A DNA stretch of 64,000 nt from an uncultured Bacteroidales bacterium (GTDB lineage: Bacteria > Bacteroidota > Bacteroidia > Bacteroidales > G3-4614). Shown here piece by piece: positions 26,014 through 36,134 of the stretch; position 1 is the first letter of the stretch; every line of letters begins with the position of its first letter. Under the pieces are notes generated by a model. It was not told the DNA's origin. It saw nothing but the letters and a program-made list of their open reading frames with translations, and made no database searches. The stretch spans positions 55,478-119,477 of the forward strand of contig CASFRS010000002.1 of assembly GCA_949297125.1 (NCBI GenBank), in the 5' to 3' direction. Position numbers and translations under genes: made by a program.

Positions 26014-27204
26014 ATGAAAATCGGAACGGTATTCTCGCCCATAGGGACTAAGGCTCTCCTCTGCGGCTCGGGAGAATTAGGGAAAGAAGTAGCCATTGAA
26101 CTGCAACGCTACGGAGTGGAAGTAGTGGCGATAGACCGCTACCCGAACGCCCCCGCCATGCAGGTGGCGCACCGCAGCCACGTGCTTTCCATGCTGGACG
26201 GCGACAAACTCAGGAAAACGATTGAGGCAGAACGCCCCGATTACATAATACCCGAAGTGGAGGCGATAGCCACAGATACCCTTGTGGAACTTGAGAAAGA
26301 GGGGTACAGGGTTGTTCCTACCGCAAACGCAGCACGCCTTACCATGAACCGCGAAGGGATAAGGCGTCTTGCCGCCGAAAAGCTCGGGCTCAGGACCTCG
26401 CGATACCGTTTTGCCGAAACCGGGGAAGAGTTCCTGCAGGCGGTACGCGAAATAGGCATCCCGTGCGTGGTAAAACCGGTAATGAGTTCGTCGGGACACG
26501 GGCAGAGTACCATAAAGGGGGAAGCCGACATAAAAAACGCGTGGAAAATAGCGCAGGAGGAGGGACGCAGCGGAGCAGGGCGCGTAATAATAGAAGAGTT
26601 CATAAAGTTCGATTATGAAATAACGCTCCTTACCGTACGCCATGTAAACGGGACAGTATTCCTCCGGCCGATAGGGCACAGGCAGGAAAACGGCGACTAC
26701 CGGGAATCGTGGCAGCCGCACCCCATGAACGGGACGGCCGTAAAGAAAGCCGAAGAGATTGCAGGCAAAATAACCGAAGCTCTCGGGGGGTACGGCATAT
26801 TCGGGGTGGAACTCTTCGTGAAAGGCGACGATGTGATATTCAGCGAAGTCTCCCCGCGTCCGCACGACACGGGAATGGTAACGATGATTTCGCAGGACAT
26901 GTCGGAATTCTCGCTGCACGCCCGCGCCATACTCGGCCTCCCCGTACCTGCAATCCGCTACTACGGCGCAGCCGCATCGAAAGCCATAGTGGTAGAGGGA
27001 GACAGCAACAGGGTTGAAATAGGGAATATAGAAAAGGCCCTCGACGAACCGGATGTACAGATACGCATCTTCGGCAAACCCGAAGTGCGGGGACACCGCC
27101 GCTACGGGGTAATCCTCGCACTGGCCGACACGGTGGAAGAAGCGAAGGAAAAAGCCGAAAGGGCATACGGAAAACTGGATATCCGCATACTCCCGCGCGA
27201 ATAG
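26014..27204 (+). CDS. purT: formate-dependent phosphoribosylglycinamide formyltransferase
   Basis: 396 aa, ATP-grasp fold, PurT-like throughout ([23 protein letters not shown]..., SPRPHDTGM). Confidence 0.9.
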   Translation: MKIGTVFSPIGTKALLCGSGELGKEVAIELQRYGVEVVAIDRYPNAPAMQVAHRSHVLSMLDGDKLRKTIEAERPDYIIPEVEAIATDTLVELEKEGYRVVPTANAARLTMNREGIRRLAAEKLGLRTSRYRFAETGEEFLQAVREIGIPCVVKPVMSSSGHGQSTIKGEADIKNAWKIAQEEGRSGAGRVIIEEFIKFDYEITLLTVRHVNGTVFLRPIGHRQENGDYRESWQPHPMNGTAVKKAEEIAGKITEALGGYGIFGVELFVKGDDVIFSEVSPRPHDTGMVTMISQDMSEFSLHARAILGLPVPAIRYYGAAASKAIVVEGDSNRVEIGNIEKALDEPDVQIRIFGKPEVRGHRRYGVILALADTVEEAKEKAERAYGKLDIRILPRE

Positions 27205-27235
27205 GGAGAGACGGACAGGTTTCGGCTACATAAAA

Positions 27236-27276
27236 AGGCGGAGCGCATCCCTGCTATGGGGATTGCCGCTCCGCCT
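27236..27276. terminator. hairpin between convergent purT and SGNH-like gene
   Basis: 10-bp stem AGGCGGAGCG (27236-27245) / CGCTCCGCCT (27267-27276) with an inner ATCCC/GGGAT extension. The minus strand continues UUUUAUG. Confidence 0.5.
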
Positions 27277-27296
27277 CCATAATATCGGCAGGCTCC

Positions 27297-28247
27297 TCAG
27301 TCGAAAATCTTCGGCAAAGTATCATTCAGGATAACCGACAACTTTGCCGCACCGTCGGTACAAAGGTGGTCGCCGTCATAAAAATCGGCCGCCGCAAACC
27401 TCGGGTCGGTAGAAAAGTCCAATATGGCCGTGTTATCGGGGTGTGCAGCGTGCAGGGAATCCAATACCTCGTGCGTACGCCGCACCTGGACAGGCGGCAA
27501 TGCCTCTCGGTACGTAATATATGTCGGGGTAATCAAAAACACGGTTTTCTTTCCGTGCTCCGCACAATCGCCTATGATGTCGCCTATCAAAGCGATATTG
27601 TCCCGGCAAAGGTCTGCAGTAGCCGCCGACATCAGCGAATGCCTTACCGCGGCGGAGACTCCGGTTTCATATAAATCTTTTCCGGAACCGCATTTGTACA
27701 CCGTTCCAAATCCGGTATCGGAACACCCTACAAAATCTTTCCCCAGCAGATAATACCCCAAAACGGTCCTGTCCCCGAGCTGGAATTCGTATCCGTCGGG
27801 AGAAAACCAGTCGCGCCACGAGCCGAACCCCATATAAATGGAATATTTGCGCGATCGCCAATGCTCTTTGCCTAAGGATATTCTGCCCCAAAGAGTAGAA
27901 TACGATATCGTCAGGACGACATACCGGGGTGCAGGTTTCCCTCTGAACCATGTATTATATATCATGGCGTCATAATCGAGCGTCTGCGAAACATTCGCGG
28001 CATTGAACGTCCTCAACGAAAGATACTCGGGATTGATGCCATAGTAAGAGTGCGAACTTCCCAATACCAGCACCTCAACGCTGTCAGCCATGGTATCGAG
28101 ATACGCCTTTTTCAGGGAATAGCTGTTCGGGATATTACGGTAAGCGGCCTCGTAAGCTGACAGGAACAACACGGCCGGCAGCAAGGCAAACAACAAAGTC
28201 TTGCATATGAACTTCCAAAGCGGTTTATTGTCGGATTCAGCGGACAT
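27297..28247 (-). CDS. membrane-anchored SGNH/DltD-like protein (partner of MBOAT)
   Basis: 316 aa with an N-terminal TM anchor. It has an SGNH-like block I (LVLGSSHS) and block V (DGDHL). It lies directly downstream of the MBOAT gene. Confidence 0.5.
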   Translation of the reverse strand: MSAESDNKPLWKFICKTLLFALLPAVLFLSAYEAAYRNIPNSYSLKKAYLDTMADSVEVLVLGSSHSYYGINPEYLSLRTFNAANVSQTLDYDAMIYNTWFRGKPAPRYVVLTISYSTLWGRISLGKEHWRSRKYSIYMGFGSWRDWFSPDGYEFQLGDRTVLGYYLLGKDFVGCSDTGFGTVYKCGSGKDLYETGVSAAVRHSLMSAATADLCRDNIALIGDIIGDCAEHGKKTVFLITPTYITYREALPPVQVRRTHEVLDSLHAAHPDNTAILDFSTDPRFAAADFYDGDHLCTDGAAKLSVILNDTLPKIFD

Positions 28248-28260
28248 GGCATGCGCGATG

Positions 28261-29697
28261 TTAGAAATTAAAATATATAAAGTTCTCCGATGTGCGGCCG
28301 AACAGGAATATCAACAGCAATACGGACAGGTAAATCCCCCTCCGCACCCATACCGGCCTTATCGCCCCCACATTGAAGGCGAACTCGTGCTTACGCCCGA
28401 GCCACTCTACGACAAACATGAATATTGTCAAGAGCAGGACTTTTATATCTATGAAATCCGGGATACTGAAAACAGAGGCATCGAAAATGCCGCACAGATA
28501 CCCCACTCCTTGGGAAAGGGTTTCGCTGCGGGAAATTATACGCCCGAACACTACGGCCAGAAAAGTCATTATCACCCCCGCGACCTCCCTCAGTGAAGGA
28601 AAGGTGGAATTTTCGCATATAACCCCCTTGTAGCGTTTGTTCCCGCCCGTTAAGATCAAAAAGGAGCACAACAGCCCATGATAAATACTCCACACTATGA
28701 ATGTCCACGAAGCGCCGTGCCATAATCCGCAGATGATAAAGACTATCATGGTATTGCGAATCGTAACCGGACGCGACACCCTGCTTCCGCCGAGCGGTAT
28801 ATATATGTAGTCGCGAAACCACATGTTGAGCGAAATATGCCACCTGCGCCAGAACTCCGCCACGTTACGCGAGAAATACGGGGTGGAGAAGTTGGGCAGA
28901 AGCCGTATGCCGAACAGCCGGGCAAGGCCTGTCGCCATATCGGAATATCCCGAAAAATCGCAATAGATTTGTATCGTAAAATAGAATGCCCCCAGCAACA
29001 ATGTGGAAGCCGAATACTCCTGATAATTATCGAAAACCCCGGCTACAATCGCCGATATGTTGTCGGCTATCGCCACCTTCTTGAACAACCCCCACAATAT
29101 TTGCCTCATACCCTCCACGGCCGAAGCGTAATCGAAAACCCTCACGCCCCGGAACTGCGGCATAAGTTGCGTGGCCCGCGCGATAGGCCCTGCCAAAAGC
29201 TGCGGAAAAAACGCCACGTACGAAAAGACCGTAAGCGGATTCCGTTCGGCCTTGAGCTTCCCCATATAAACATCCAGCGAATAGCTCAATGCCGTAAACG
29301 TATAAAAACTTATCCCTATGGGAAGCATCAGGTTGCGGGTAACCCACGTATACTCAAACCCCAACAGCTGGAATAAGCGGGCAAAATTCTCCCCGAAAAA
29401 ATCGAGATATTTGAATACGCACAAAATGCCTATATTCAAGACTATGTTGGCAAGGCTGACCCACCACCGCCCGGTACGCTCCCCTCCTGAAGCATCGACA
29501 TAAAGGGCCGTAAGCCACGCCGAAAGGGAAGTAAGCATTATCAACCCGAGAAAACGGGCATCGAGCCATGCGTAAAACACATAGCTCGACACTACTATTA
29601 TCAGATTCTGCAACGACAGACGCCCTTTGGGCAAAAACCAGTACAGGCAGAATACTGCCGGCAGGAATATTATGAACTCAAAAGAATTGAACAACAT
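28261..29697 (-). CDS. MBOAT family O-acyltransferase (AlgI/DltB/PatA-like)
   Basis: The ATG at 29697 gives MLFNSFEFIIFLPAVF, the typical MBOAT N-terminus. The conserved His region is WRRWHISLNMWFRDYIYIPLGG. Confidence 0.85.
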   Translation of the reverse strand: MLFNSFEFIIFLPAVFCLYWFLPKGRLSLQNLIIVVSSYVFYAWLDARFLGLIMLTSLSAWLTALYVDASGGERTGRWWVSLANIVLNIGILCVFKYLDFFGENFARLFQLLGFEYTWVTRNLMLPIGISFYTFTALSYSLDVYMGKLKAERNPLTVFSYVAFFPQLLAGPIARATQLMPQFRGVRVFDYASAVEGMRQILWGLFKKVAIADNISAIVAGVFDNYQEYSASTLLLGAFYFTIQIYCDFSGYSDMATGLARLFGIRLLPNFSTPYFSRNVAEFWRRWHISLNMWFRDYIYIPLGGSRVSRPVTIRNTMIVFIICGLWHGASWTFIVWSIYHGLLCSFLILTGGNKRYKGVICENSTFPSLREVAGVIMTFLAVVFGRIISRSETLSQGVGYLCGIFDASVFSIPDFIDIKVLLLTIFMFVVEWLGRKHEFAFNVGAIRPVWVRRGIYLSVLLLIFLFGRTSENFIYFNF

Positions 29698-29728
29698 AGT
29701 CCGGGGTCCTTCATCCTGGCACGACTGT

Positions 29729-31552
29729 TCAGCCTGCAACCTTCCCGTGCCGGCTTTCGCGTACAGCATCCACTACGTTCATGACATAGTCGCCGAGGCG
29801 TTCGCACTCCGAGATTATATCCATAAAGTGGATTCCTGCCTGATATTCGTATTTCTTGCTGTTTATATTCTCCATATTGGCCGCACGCATCATATTGCGG
29901 TAATTGTTTATTTCCATCTCCTTGTTGTATGCGGCATTTACGTCGGCATCGGTTATGTCGGACTTGGAAAGGATGGCATTCATGTTGGCCAGGGCCTCGC
30001 CCACGAGGCGGAACATGGCATCCAGATGCTCCGACATGTAATCGTTGAACTTTATATCCTCGCTGTTCTTGCGGGATACGGTACGCGCAATGCTGTAACA
30101 GCTGTCCCCGATACTCTCTATTTCGGTCGTCATCGTAATCATGGAACTTACCGTCAGTTTCGCCTCATAACTCAGACGGCCGTCCGCGACCCGGTTCAGG
30201 TATTCGGCAATTTCAATCTCCATGTTGTCGCTTATCTGCTCGTACTTCTGAATCCGGCTGTAGAGTTTGTTGAACGATTCGCTGTCGGGCTTTTCCGAAA
30301 GCAAAGTCCTGGACATTCCAAACATGCGGGCAGTACGCTCGCCGTAAACGGCAATCTCCCTTTTGGCCTGCAACAGCGACAGTTCCGATGTGGAGAGCAT
30401 GCCGGAGGAGATATACTTCAACTGGAACTCCTCATCGTCGGAATGTTTCTGCCTGATAAGGAACGAGACAATCTTGGCGTACATATTAACGAACCATATC
30501 ATTATCACCACATTGAGCGCATTGAAAATGGTATGGAACAACGCCAGGCCGTACGATACGGTGGTCTGCAGCTGCAAATACTGGCTTCGCAGGGCCATCT
30601 CCTGCGGTGTCAGCGATGCCGTATCGGACGAAGAAATCCGGGCCATAACCTCGGGACTCTGCGAATTGATGAACTCCTGCAACGAATCGGGGGCATAACC
30701 GGTAAGGCTCTCCGACAGGCCGCATATAAACCGGACAAACGGGAAAAACACGAACAGCATCCATATGACGCCGAACATGTTGAACACGAAATGGGCAAGG
30801 GCCGCACGCTTTGCCGACACGTTCCCCGACAGGGCGGCAAGGTTGGCCGTAATGGTCGTACCGAGATTCTCGCCGAGCACCATTGCCGTAGCCACTTCAA
30901 AGGAAATCCACCCCTTGCTGCACATGACAAGCGTAATGGCCACCGTCGCGCTCGACGACTGCACTATAATGGTAAGCAACGCCCCGACAAGGAAAAAGAG
31001 GAGTACCGACCCGTACCCCATATCGGAATACTCTTTCAGGAAAGAGAGGACTTCCGGGCTGCTCTGGATATCCGGAACGGAATCCTTAAGGAATGTAAGC
31101 CCCATGAACAGGAGCGAGAACCCTATGATGAACTCCCCTATGGAACGGCGCTTGCTCTTGCTCGAAAATACCAGAGGCATCGCAACGCCTATAAGCGGTA
31201 TTGCAAATACGCTTATATCCACGGCGAACCCAAGGAACGAAATGATCCACACCGTCATGGTTGTCCCTATATTCGCCCCCATAATTACGGATATGGCCTG
31301 CGTCAGGGAGAGCAGGCCCGCGTTCACGAAACTTACCACCATAACCGTCGTAGCCGACGACGACTGGATAAGGGCCGTTATCAACAGCCCCGTACAAACT
31401 CCGGCAAACCTGTTTGCCGTCATTGCCGACAAAATGGTGCGCATTCTGTTGCCGGCTACTTTTTGCAGCCCCTCGCTCATAATCTTCATCCCGTACAGAA
31501 AGAGTCCGAGCGAACCTACAAGCATCAGGAAATCGAAAAACGAATAATCCAT
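29729..31552 (-). CDS. Na/Pi cotransporter family protein with C-terminal PhoU-like domain
   Basis: 607 aa. The N-terminus is GLFLYGMKIMSEGLQKVAG...QSSSATT, repeated as QSSSATV. The C-terminal helical domain is PhoU-like. Confidence 0.85.
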   Translation of the reverse strand: MDYSFFDFLMLVGSLGLFLYGMKIMSEGLQKVAGNRMRTILSAMTANRFAGVCTGLLITALIQSSSATTVMVVSFVNAGLLSLTQAISVIMGANIGTTMTVWIISFLGFAVDISVFAIPLIGVAMPLVFSSKSKRRSIGEFIIGFSLLFMGLTFLKDSVPDIQSSPEVLSFLKEYSDMGYGSVLLFFLVGALLTIIVQSSSATVAITLVMCSKGWISFEVATAMVLGENLGTTITANLAALSGNVSAKRAALAHFVFNMFGVIWMLFVFFPFVRFICGLSESLTGYAPDSLQEFINSQSPEVMARISSSDTASLTPQEMALRSQYLQLQTTVSYGLALFHTIFNALNVVIMIWFVNMYAKIVSFLIRQKHSDDEEFQLKYISSGMLSTSELSLLQAKREIAVYGERTARMFGMSRTLLSEKPDSESFNKLYSRIQKYEQISDNMEIEIAEYLNRVADGRLSYEAKLTVSSMITMTTEIESIGDSCYSIARTVSRKNSEDIKFNDYMSEHLDAMFRLVGEALANMNAILSKSDITDADVNAAYNKEMEINNYRNMMRAANMENINSKKYEYQAGIHFMDIISECERLGDYVMNVVDAVRESRHGKVAG

Positions 31553-31630
31553 TTACCTCTTTTTATATTTGCAGAATTTACGAAAAAACCCTATATTTAG
31601 CCTCACGGATAGGGAGGAATAAAAACCTTA

Positions 31631-31661
31631 CAAAATTAAATAAAAATGCAAAAACGGCAAA
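31631..31661 (-). promoter_or_regulatory. promoter of Na/Pi cotransporter gene
   Basis: Minus strand TTTG (31661-31658), a 19-nt spacer, then TAATTTTG (31638-31631). Confidence 0.5.
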
Positions 31662-31753
31662 GTCCGGGAAAGTTTTGCCGCGCCGCAACAGGGGCGGCAG
31701 ACCGGGTAAGGGAATCCGTCCTTGTCCGCACATACGCCTTAATGCCGTAACAG

Positions 31754-33421
31754 ATGAACGACAAAGTTGAAATATATTGCCGCAACAACGGCAGGACAAT
31801 AGCTGCCGAGAGAGGCAGCACGCTGCTGGAGATATACCGCATATCGGGGGTTGAACTGAAGGAAAAAGTCATGTGCGCCATAGTAAACAACCGCACCGAA
31901 CGGCTCGATTACCGCATTTACAGCCCGAAAGAGGTGGAATTCCTCGACATTACCAACCCGTACGGGTTGCGCACATATGTGCGCAGCCTCTGTTTCGTCC
32001 TCAGCAAGGCGGTACACGACATAATGCCTGAAGCGGAACTGAAAATAGAGCACTCCATATCCAAAGGGTTCTTCTGCCATATTTCGCACCCGTGCGGCGA
32101 AAACATGGTACAGCGGATAAAATCGAGAATGACCGAGATAATAGCCGAAGACATGCCGATCGATAAGCACGAGGTCCGCACGGCAGAGGCCATAAGGCTC
32201 TTTTCCGAACAGAAGGCCGATGAAAAGGTAAAACTGCTCAAGACCTGCAACAACATCTACACCACGTACTACTCCATGGGCGGGCTTATCGACATGTACC
32301 CCTACAACCTGGTTCTCTCCACGGGGTATCTCTCTGTGTTCGACTTCGTCAAGTACAGCTACGGATACCTCCTGATACCCCCGTCCGACAGCAATCCCCG
32401 CATTCCGTATACGGTAGAGAGGCAGGACAAGCTGCTCGGCGCATTTGAAGAGCAGACCCGCTTCAACGAGATAGCCGGGCTGAAATACATCGGCGAAATG
32501 AACACCGCCATAAAAGAGGGGTACGCCCCGACAATGATAAAGGTTATGGAGGCGTTGCACGAAAAGCAGATTGCCCGCATAGCCGACGACATAACAAACC
32601 GTTTCAGACTCAACGGCAATGCGCGCATAGTGCTTATAGCCGGCCCGTCATCGTCGGGGAAAACCACTTTCGCGAAACGCCTCTCCGTGCAGATGCTCAC
32701 CAACCTGCTGCTGCCCGTACCCATATCGCTCGACGACTACTTCGTAAACAGGGAGAGGACTCCGGTAGACGAAAACGGGGAACTCGACTACGAATCGATA
32801 CATGCCCTCGACCTCGAGCTGTTCAACGAGCACCTCAACGCTCTGCTGCAGGGCAAGGAGGTGGAGATACCCGCATACAATTTCGAGAGCGGCACGCGCA
32901 CATACAAAGGGAACAAGATAAAGCTCGACCCGTCGAGCGTACTGATACTCGAAGGGATACACGCCCTCAACCCCGAACTGACCTCGCAGATAGAAGAACG
33001 CTTCAAATACAAGATATACGTTTCGGCCCTTACCTCCATATCGATAGATATCCACAACTGGATACCTACCACCGACAACAGGCTGCTGAGACGGATTATA
33101 CGCGATGCCCGGTATCGCGGCAGCAGCGCACAGGAGACCATCGCCCGCTGGAAAAGCGTACGCAACGGGGAAGAGAAATGGATTTTCCCATACCAGGAGA
33201 GCGCCGACGCCATGTTCAACACATCGCTGATATTCGAACTTGCAGTAATAAGCCGCCATGCTATGCCCCTGCTCGCCTCGGTACCGCGCGATGCAGAAGA
33301 GTACAACGAAGCGTACAGGCTTATGAACTTCCTGCGGCTCTTTACCCAGATACCCGAGCGCGACATTCCGCCCACATCCCTTGCCAGGGAATTCCTGGGG
33401 GGGAGCAGTTTCAAGTATTGA
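31754..33421 (+). CDS. nucleoside kinase-like protein (uridine kinase/PRK family P-loop with N-terminal TGS-like region)
   Basis: 555 aa. The central P-loop is IAGPSSSGKTTFAKRL. The uridine-kinase-like region follows (LILEGIHALNP, RLLRRIIRDARYRG). Confidence 0.7.
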   Translation: MNDKVEIYCRNNGRTIAAERGSTLLEIYRISGVELKEKVMCAIVNNRTERLDYRIYSPKEVEFLDITNPYGLRTYVRSLCFVLSKAVHDIMPEAELKIEHSISKGFFCHISHPCGENMVQRIKSRMTEIIAEDMPIDKHEVRTAEAIRLFSEQKADEKVKLLKTCNNIYTTYYSMGGLIDMYPYNLVLSTGYLSVFDFVKYSYGYLLIPPSDSNPRIPYTVERQDKLLGAFEEQTRFNEIAGLKYIGEMNTAIKEGYAPTMIKVMEALHEKQIARIADDITNRFRLNGNARIVLIAGPSSSGKTTFAKRLSVQMLTNLLLPVPISLDDYFVNRERTPVDENGELDYESIHALDLELFNEHLNALLQGKEVEIPAYNFESGTRTYKGNKIKLDPSSVLILEGIHALNPELTSQIEERFKYKIYVSALTSISIDIHNWIPTTDNRLLRRIIRDARYRGSSAQETIARWKSVRNGEEKWIFPYQESADAMFNTSLIFELAVISRHAMPLLASVPRDAEEYNEAYRLMNFLRLFTQIPERDIPPTSLAREFLGGSSFKY

Positions 33422-33487
33422 GAAACCGGAAGGATATTGTACGATTTCCGCGAATAACGTAATTTCGCGAAGAGTTCTGAAAACGCC

Positions 33488-34966
33488 ATGAAACTTAAAC
33501 AAGAACTGCAACAGCGCACGCTGCAACGCCTGTCGCCCCAACAGATACAGGTAATAAGGCTACTGGAGCTCAACGCCGTAGAACTTGAAGAGCGCATAAA
33601 GCAGGAGGTCATAGACAACCCCGCACTCGATGAAACCGACGATGAGAAAACGGCAAAGGAGACGGCGGCGGAAGAAGGAGGGGACAACAGTGAAGACGGA
33701 GGAGGCGGGGAGTCGTCGGACGATGGCGACATATCGCTCGGCGACTATCTCAGCGAAGACGACATACCCGACTACAAGATAGAGCAATACGAACGGGCGC
33801 AGGAAGAATCGCAACCGCGCGAGCTCCCGTTCGTTGGGGGGAGTTCCATTCACGAGCACCTGCTCCAGCAGCTGGGGATGCAGGAACTTGACGAGCAGGA
33901 CGAGAAAATAGCCGAATACATAATAGGGAACATAGACGACGACGGGTATCTGCGCCGTCCGCTGTCGGCCATATCGGACGACCTGATATTCCAGGTAGGG
34001 ATAGACGCCGATAACGGCAAACTGCAGGAACTCTTTTCCATGATACGCTCGTTCGATCCGGCCGGCGTGGGGGCAACCGACCTGCAGGACTGCCTCAAGT
34101 TGCAGATAGAGAGGGAAAAAGAGAGCGACACGAAGCGGAATGCCGAAAAAATAATTACGGAACATTTCGATGCGTTCATAAAAAAGCACTACGACAAGAT
34201 ACAGAAACAGCTCGGCATAGGCAGCCAGGAACTGAAAGATGCCATACGGGCAATAACTTTGCTCAACCCCAAACCCGGGAACATCTGGAACAGCTCGTAC
34301 AGCGACAGCGGCAACCACGTCATTCCCGACTTCATAGTGGAGAGCGACGACAACGAGCAGAGTTTTACATTAAACAACAGCAATATTCCGGAACTGAAAG
34401 TAAGCCCCGAATACGTCAGGATGTACGAGGACTATCAGGGAAACCGGGAAAACCGTACAAAAGAACGCCGCGACGCACTCATGTTCGTAAAGCAGAAACT
34501 CGACTCGGCACAATGGTTCATCAACGCGATAAAACAACGACAGGAAACGCTGATAAACACATTCCGGGCAATCCTGTCGATACAAAAAGAATATTTCGCC
34601 ACAGGCGAAGAACACGATCTGCGCCCCATGATACTTAAAGACGTGGCAGCCCTCACAGGCTACGACATCTCCACCATATCCCGCACTATAAACGGAAAAT
34701 ACGTACAAACCCCGTTCGGCATCTTTCCGCTGAAATACCTCTTCTCCGAATCGATGCAAAACAGTTCGGGCGAAGAAATATCATCCCGCGAAATAAAAAA
34801 GATACTAACGGAACTGGTCGCCGAAGAAGACAAGCAACGTCCCCTTTCCGACGACGAGCTCTGCAACAGACTTCAACAAAAAGGATACAAAATAGCACGC
34901 CGCACCGTAGCCAAATACAGGGAACAAGCCGGCATACCAGTAGCACGATTAAGAAAAGAACTATGA
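33488..34966 (+). CDS. rpoN: RNA polymerase sigma-54 factor
   Basis: 492 aa. The N-terminal Gln/Leu region is LQQRTLQRLSPQQIQ, followed by an acidic linker. The C-terminal RpoN box is ARRTVAKYREQAGIP. Confidence 0.9.
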   Translation: MKLKQELQQRTLQRLSPQQIQVIRLLELNAVELEERIKQEVIDNPALDETDDEKTAKETAAEEGGDNSEDGGGGESSDDGDISLGDYLSEDDIPDYKIEQYERAQEESQPRELPFVGGSSIHEHLLQQLGMQELDEQDEKIAEYIIGNIDDDGYLRRPLSAISDDLIFQVGIDADNGKLQELFSMIRSFDPAGVGATDLQDCLKLQIEREKESDTKRNAEKIITEHFDAFIKKHYDKIQKQLGIGSQELKDAIRAITLLNPKPGNIWNSSYSDSGNHVIPDFIVESDDNEQSFTLNNSNIPELKVSPEYVRMYEDYQGNRENRTKERRDALMFVKQKLDSAQWFINAIKQRQETLINTFRAILSIQKEYFATGEEHDLRPMILKDVAALTGYDISTISRTINGKYVQTPFGIFPLKYLFSESMQNSSGEEISSREIKKILTELVAEEDKQRPLSDDELCNRLQQKGYKIARRTVAKYREQAGIPVARLRKEL

Positions 34967-35577
34967 AAATAATAGCAGAAATAATATCACTGATTCTCTC
35001 CCCGGTACTAATACCGCTGTACGCATTCCTCACACTTGTTTACAGCACGTTTCTCGCGACATTGCCGCCCGAATTCATATCGATACTTATCGGAGTCATA
35101 GCGTTGTTCACCGCAGGAATCCCCGGAACGGCAATGTTGTGGCTGCACTACACCGGGAGGATGTCCGACATGGACAACCCGCGCAGCGACGAACGTACAA
35201 TCCCGTACATAATCTCCGTAATAGGATACGCCGCATGCATATACATACTCCACCGAATGGCATTCCCGCTGTGGATGACCAGCCTGCTGATAGGCGGTGC
35301 AATAATGATAATCTGCATGACGATAATAAACCGTTGGTGGAGAATAAGCGCGCACATGGCCGGCATAGGGGCATACATGGGGCTGGTATTCATGCTCGGC
35401 AAATTAGGGTTCGTAATCAGGATAGAATGGCTTGTAACCATAATAACCGGGGCCGGGATGCTGGGCAGTTGCCGCATATATCTCGGCCGCCACACCCTCG
35501 GGCAGGTGCTTGCCGGCGGCATATTCGGCTTTGCATGGATATGCCTGTCGCTGTATATAGGAGTAATGATGATATAG
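34963..35577 (+). CDS. PAP2-like integral membrane protein
   Basis: 204 aa, multi-TM. There are degenerate PAP2 motifs (ISAH; CRIYLGRHTLGQ). It forms an ATGA overlap with the rpoN stop. Confidence 0.5.
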   Translation: MKIIAEIISLILSPVLIPLYAFLTLVYSTFLATLPPEFISILIGVIALFTAGIPGTAMLWLHYTGRMSDMDNPRSDERTIPYIISVIGYAACIYILHRMAFPLWMTSLLIGGAIMIICMTIINRWWRISAHMAGIGAYMGLVFMLGKLGFVIRIEWLVTIITGAGMLGSCRIYLGRHTLGQVLAGGIFGFAWICLSLYIGVMMI

Positions 35578-35616
35578 ACCAATATAGACCAATATAAACC
35601 TGTTAAACAAAAAGAC

Positions 35617-36123
35617 ATGGAACCGATAGTAAGCATAATAATGGGAAGCACGTCGGACCTTCCCATAATGGAAAAAGCGGCAAAGCTGCTCAACGAATTT
35701 GAAATACCGTTTGAAATGAACGCCCTGTCGGCGCACCGCACACCGGCAGAAGTAGAGAAATTCGCAAAGACCGCCGAAGAACGCGGCATAAAGGCGATAA
35801 TAGCGGCAGCGGGCATGGCGGCGCACCTGCCTGGGGTCATAGCCGCCTCCACCACGGTACCCGTAATAGGAGTACCCATAAACTCCACGCTTGAGGGAAT
35901 GGACGCACTTCTGGCAATAGTACAGATGCCTCCCGGAATACCCGTTGCCACGGTAGGGATAAACGCCGCTCTCAACGCCGCCATACTGGCCGTACAGATA
36001 ATAGCCCAAAGCGACCAAAAGACAGCCGCAAGACTGAAAGAATATAAAAGTTCTCTTGCACAGAAGATAGTAAAGGCAAACCGCGACCTGTCCGAAATAA
36101 AATATCCGTTCAAGACAAACTGA
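35617..36123 (+). CDS. purE: 5-(carboxyamino)imidazole ribonucleotide mutase
   Basis: 168 aa with typical PurE blocks: IIMGSTSDLPIM, SAHRTP, IAAAGMAAHLPG. Confidence 0.9.
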   Translation: MEPIVSIIMGSTSDLPIMEKAAKLLNEFEIPFEMNALSAHRTPAEVEKFAKTAEERGIKAIIAAAGMAAHLPGVIAASTTVPVIGVPINSTLEGMDALLAIVQMPPGIPVATVGINAALNAAILAVQIIAQSDQKTAARLKEYKSSLAQKIVKANRDLSEIKYPFKTN

Positions 36124-36134
36124 AACACAAGCAG

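Noticed and set aside
29627-31600. Very long antisense ORFs. Examples: 29627-31600 (657 aa), 56629-58662 (677 aa), 45964-47283 (439 aa), 8038-9402 (454 aa), 20841-22028 (395 aa), 22957-24156 (399 aa), 35148-36179 (343 aa).
   Set aside because: Each lies exactly opposite a well-conserved gene (Na/Pi transporter, fusA, secY, korA, GT2, parB, purE). Their translations are Arg/Gly/His/Tyr-rich with no recognisable domains. They are shadow ORFs produced by codon periodicity in a GC-biased genome.
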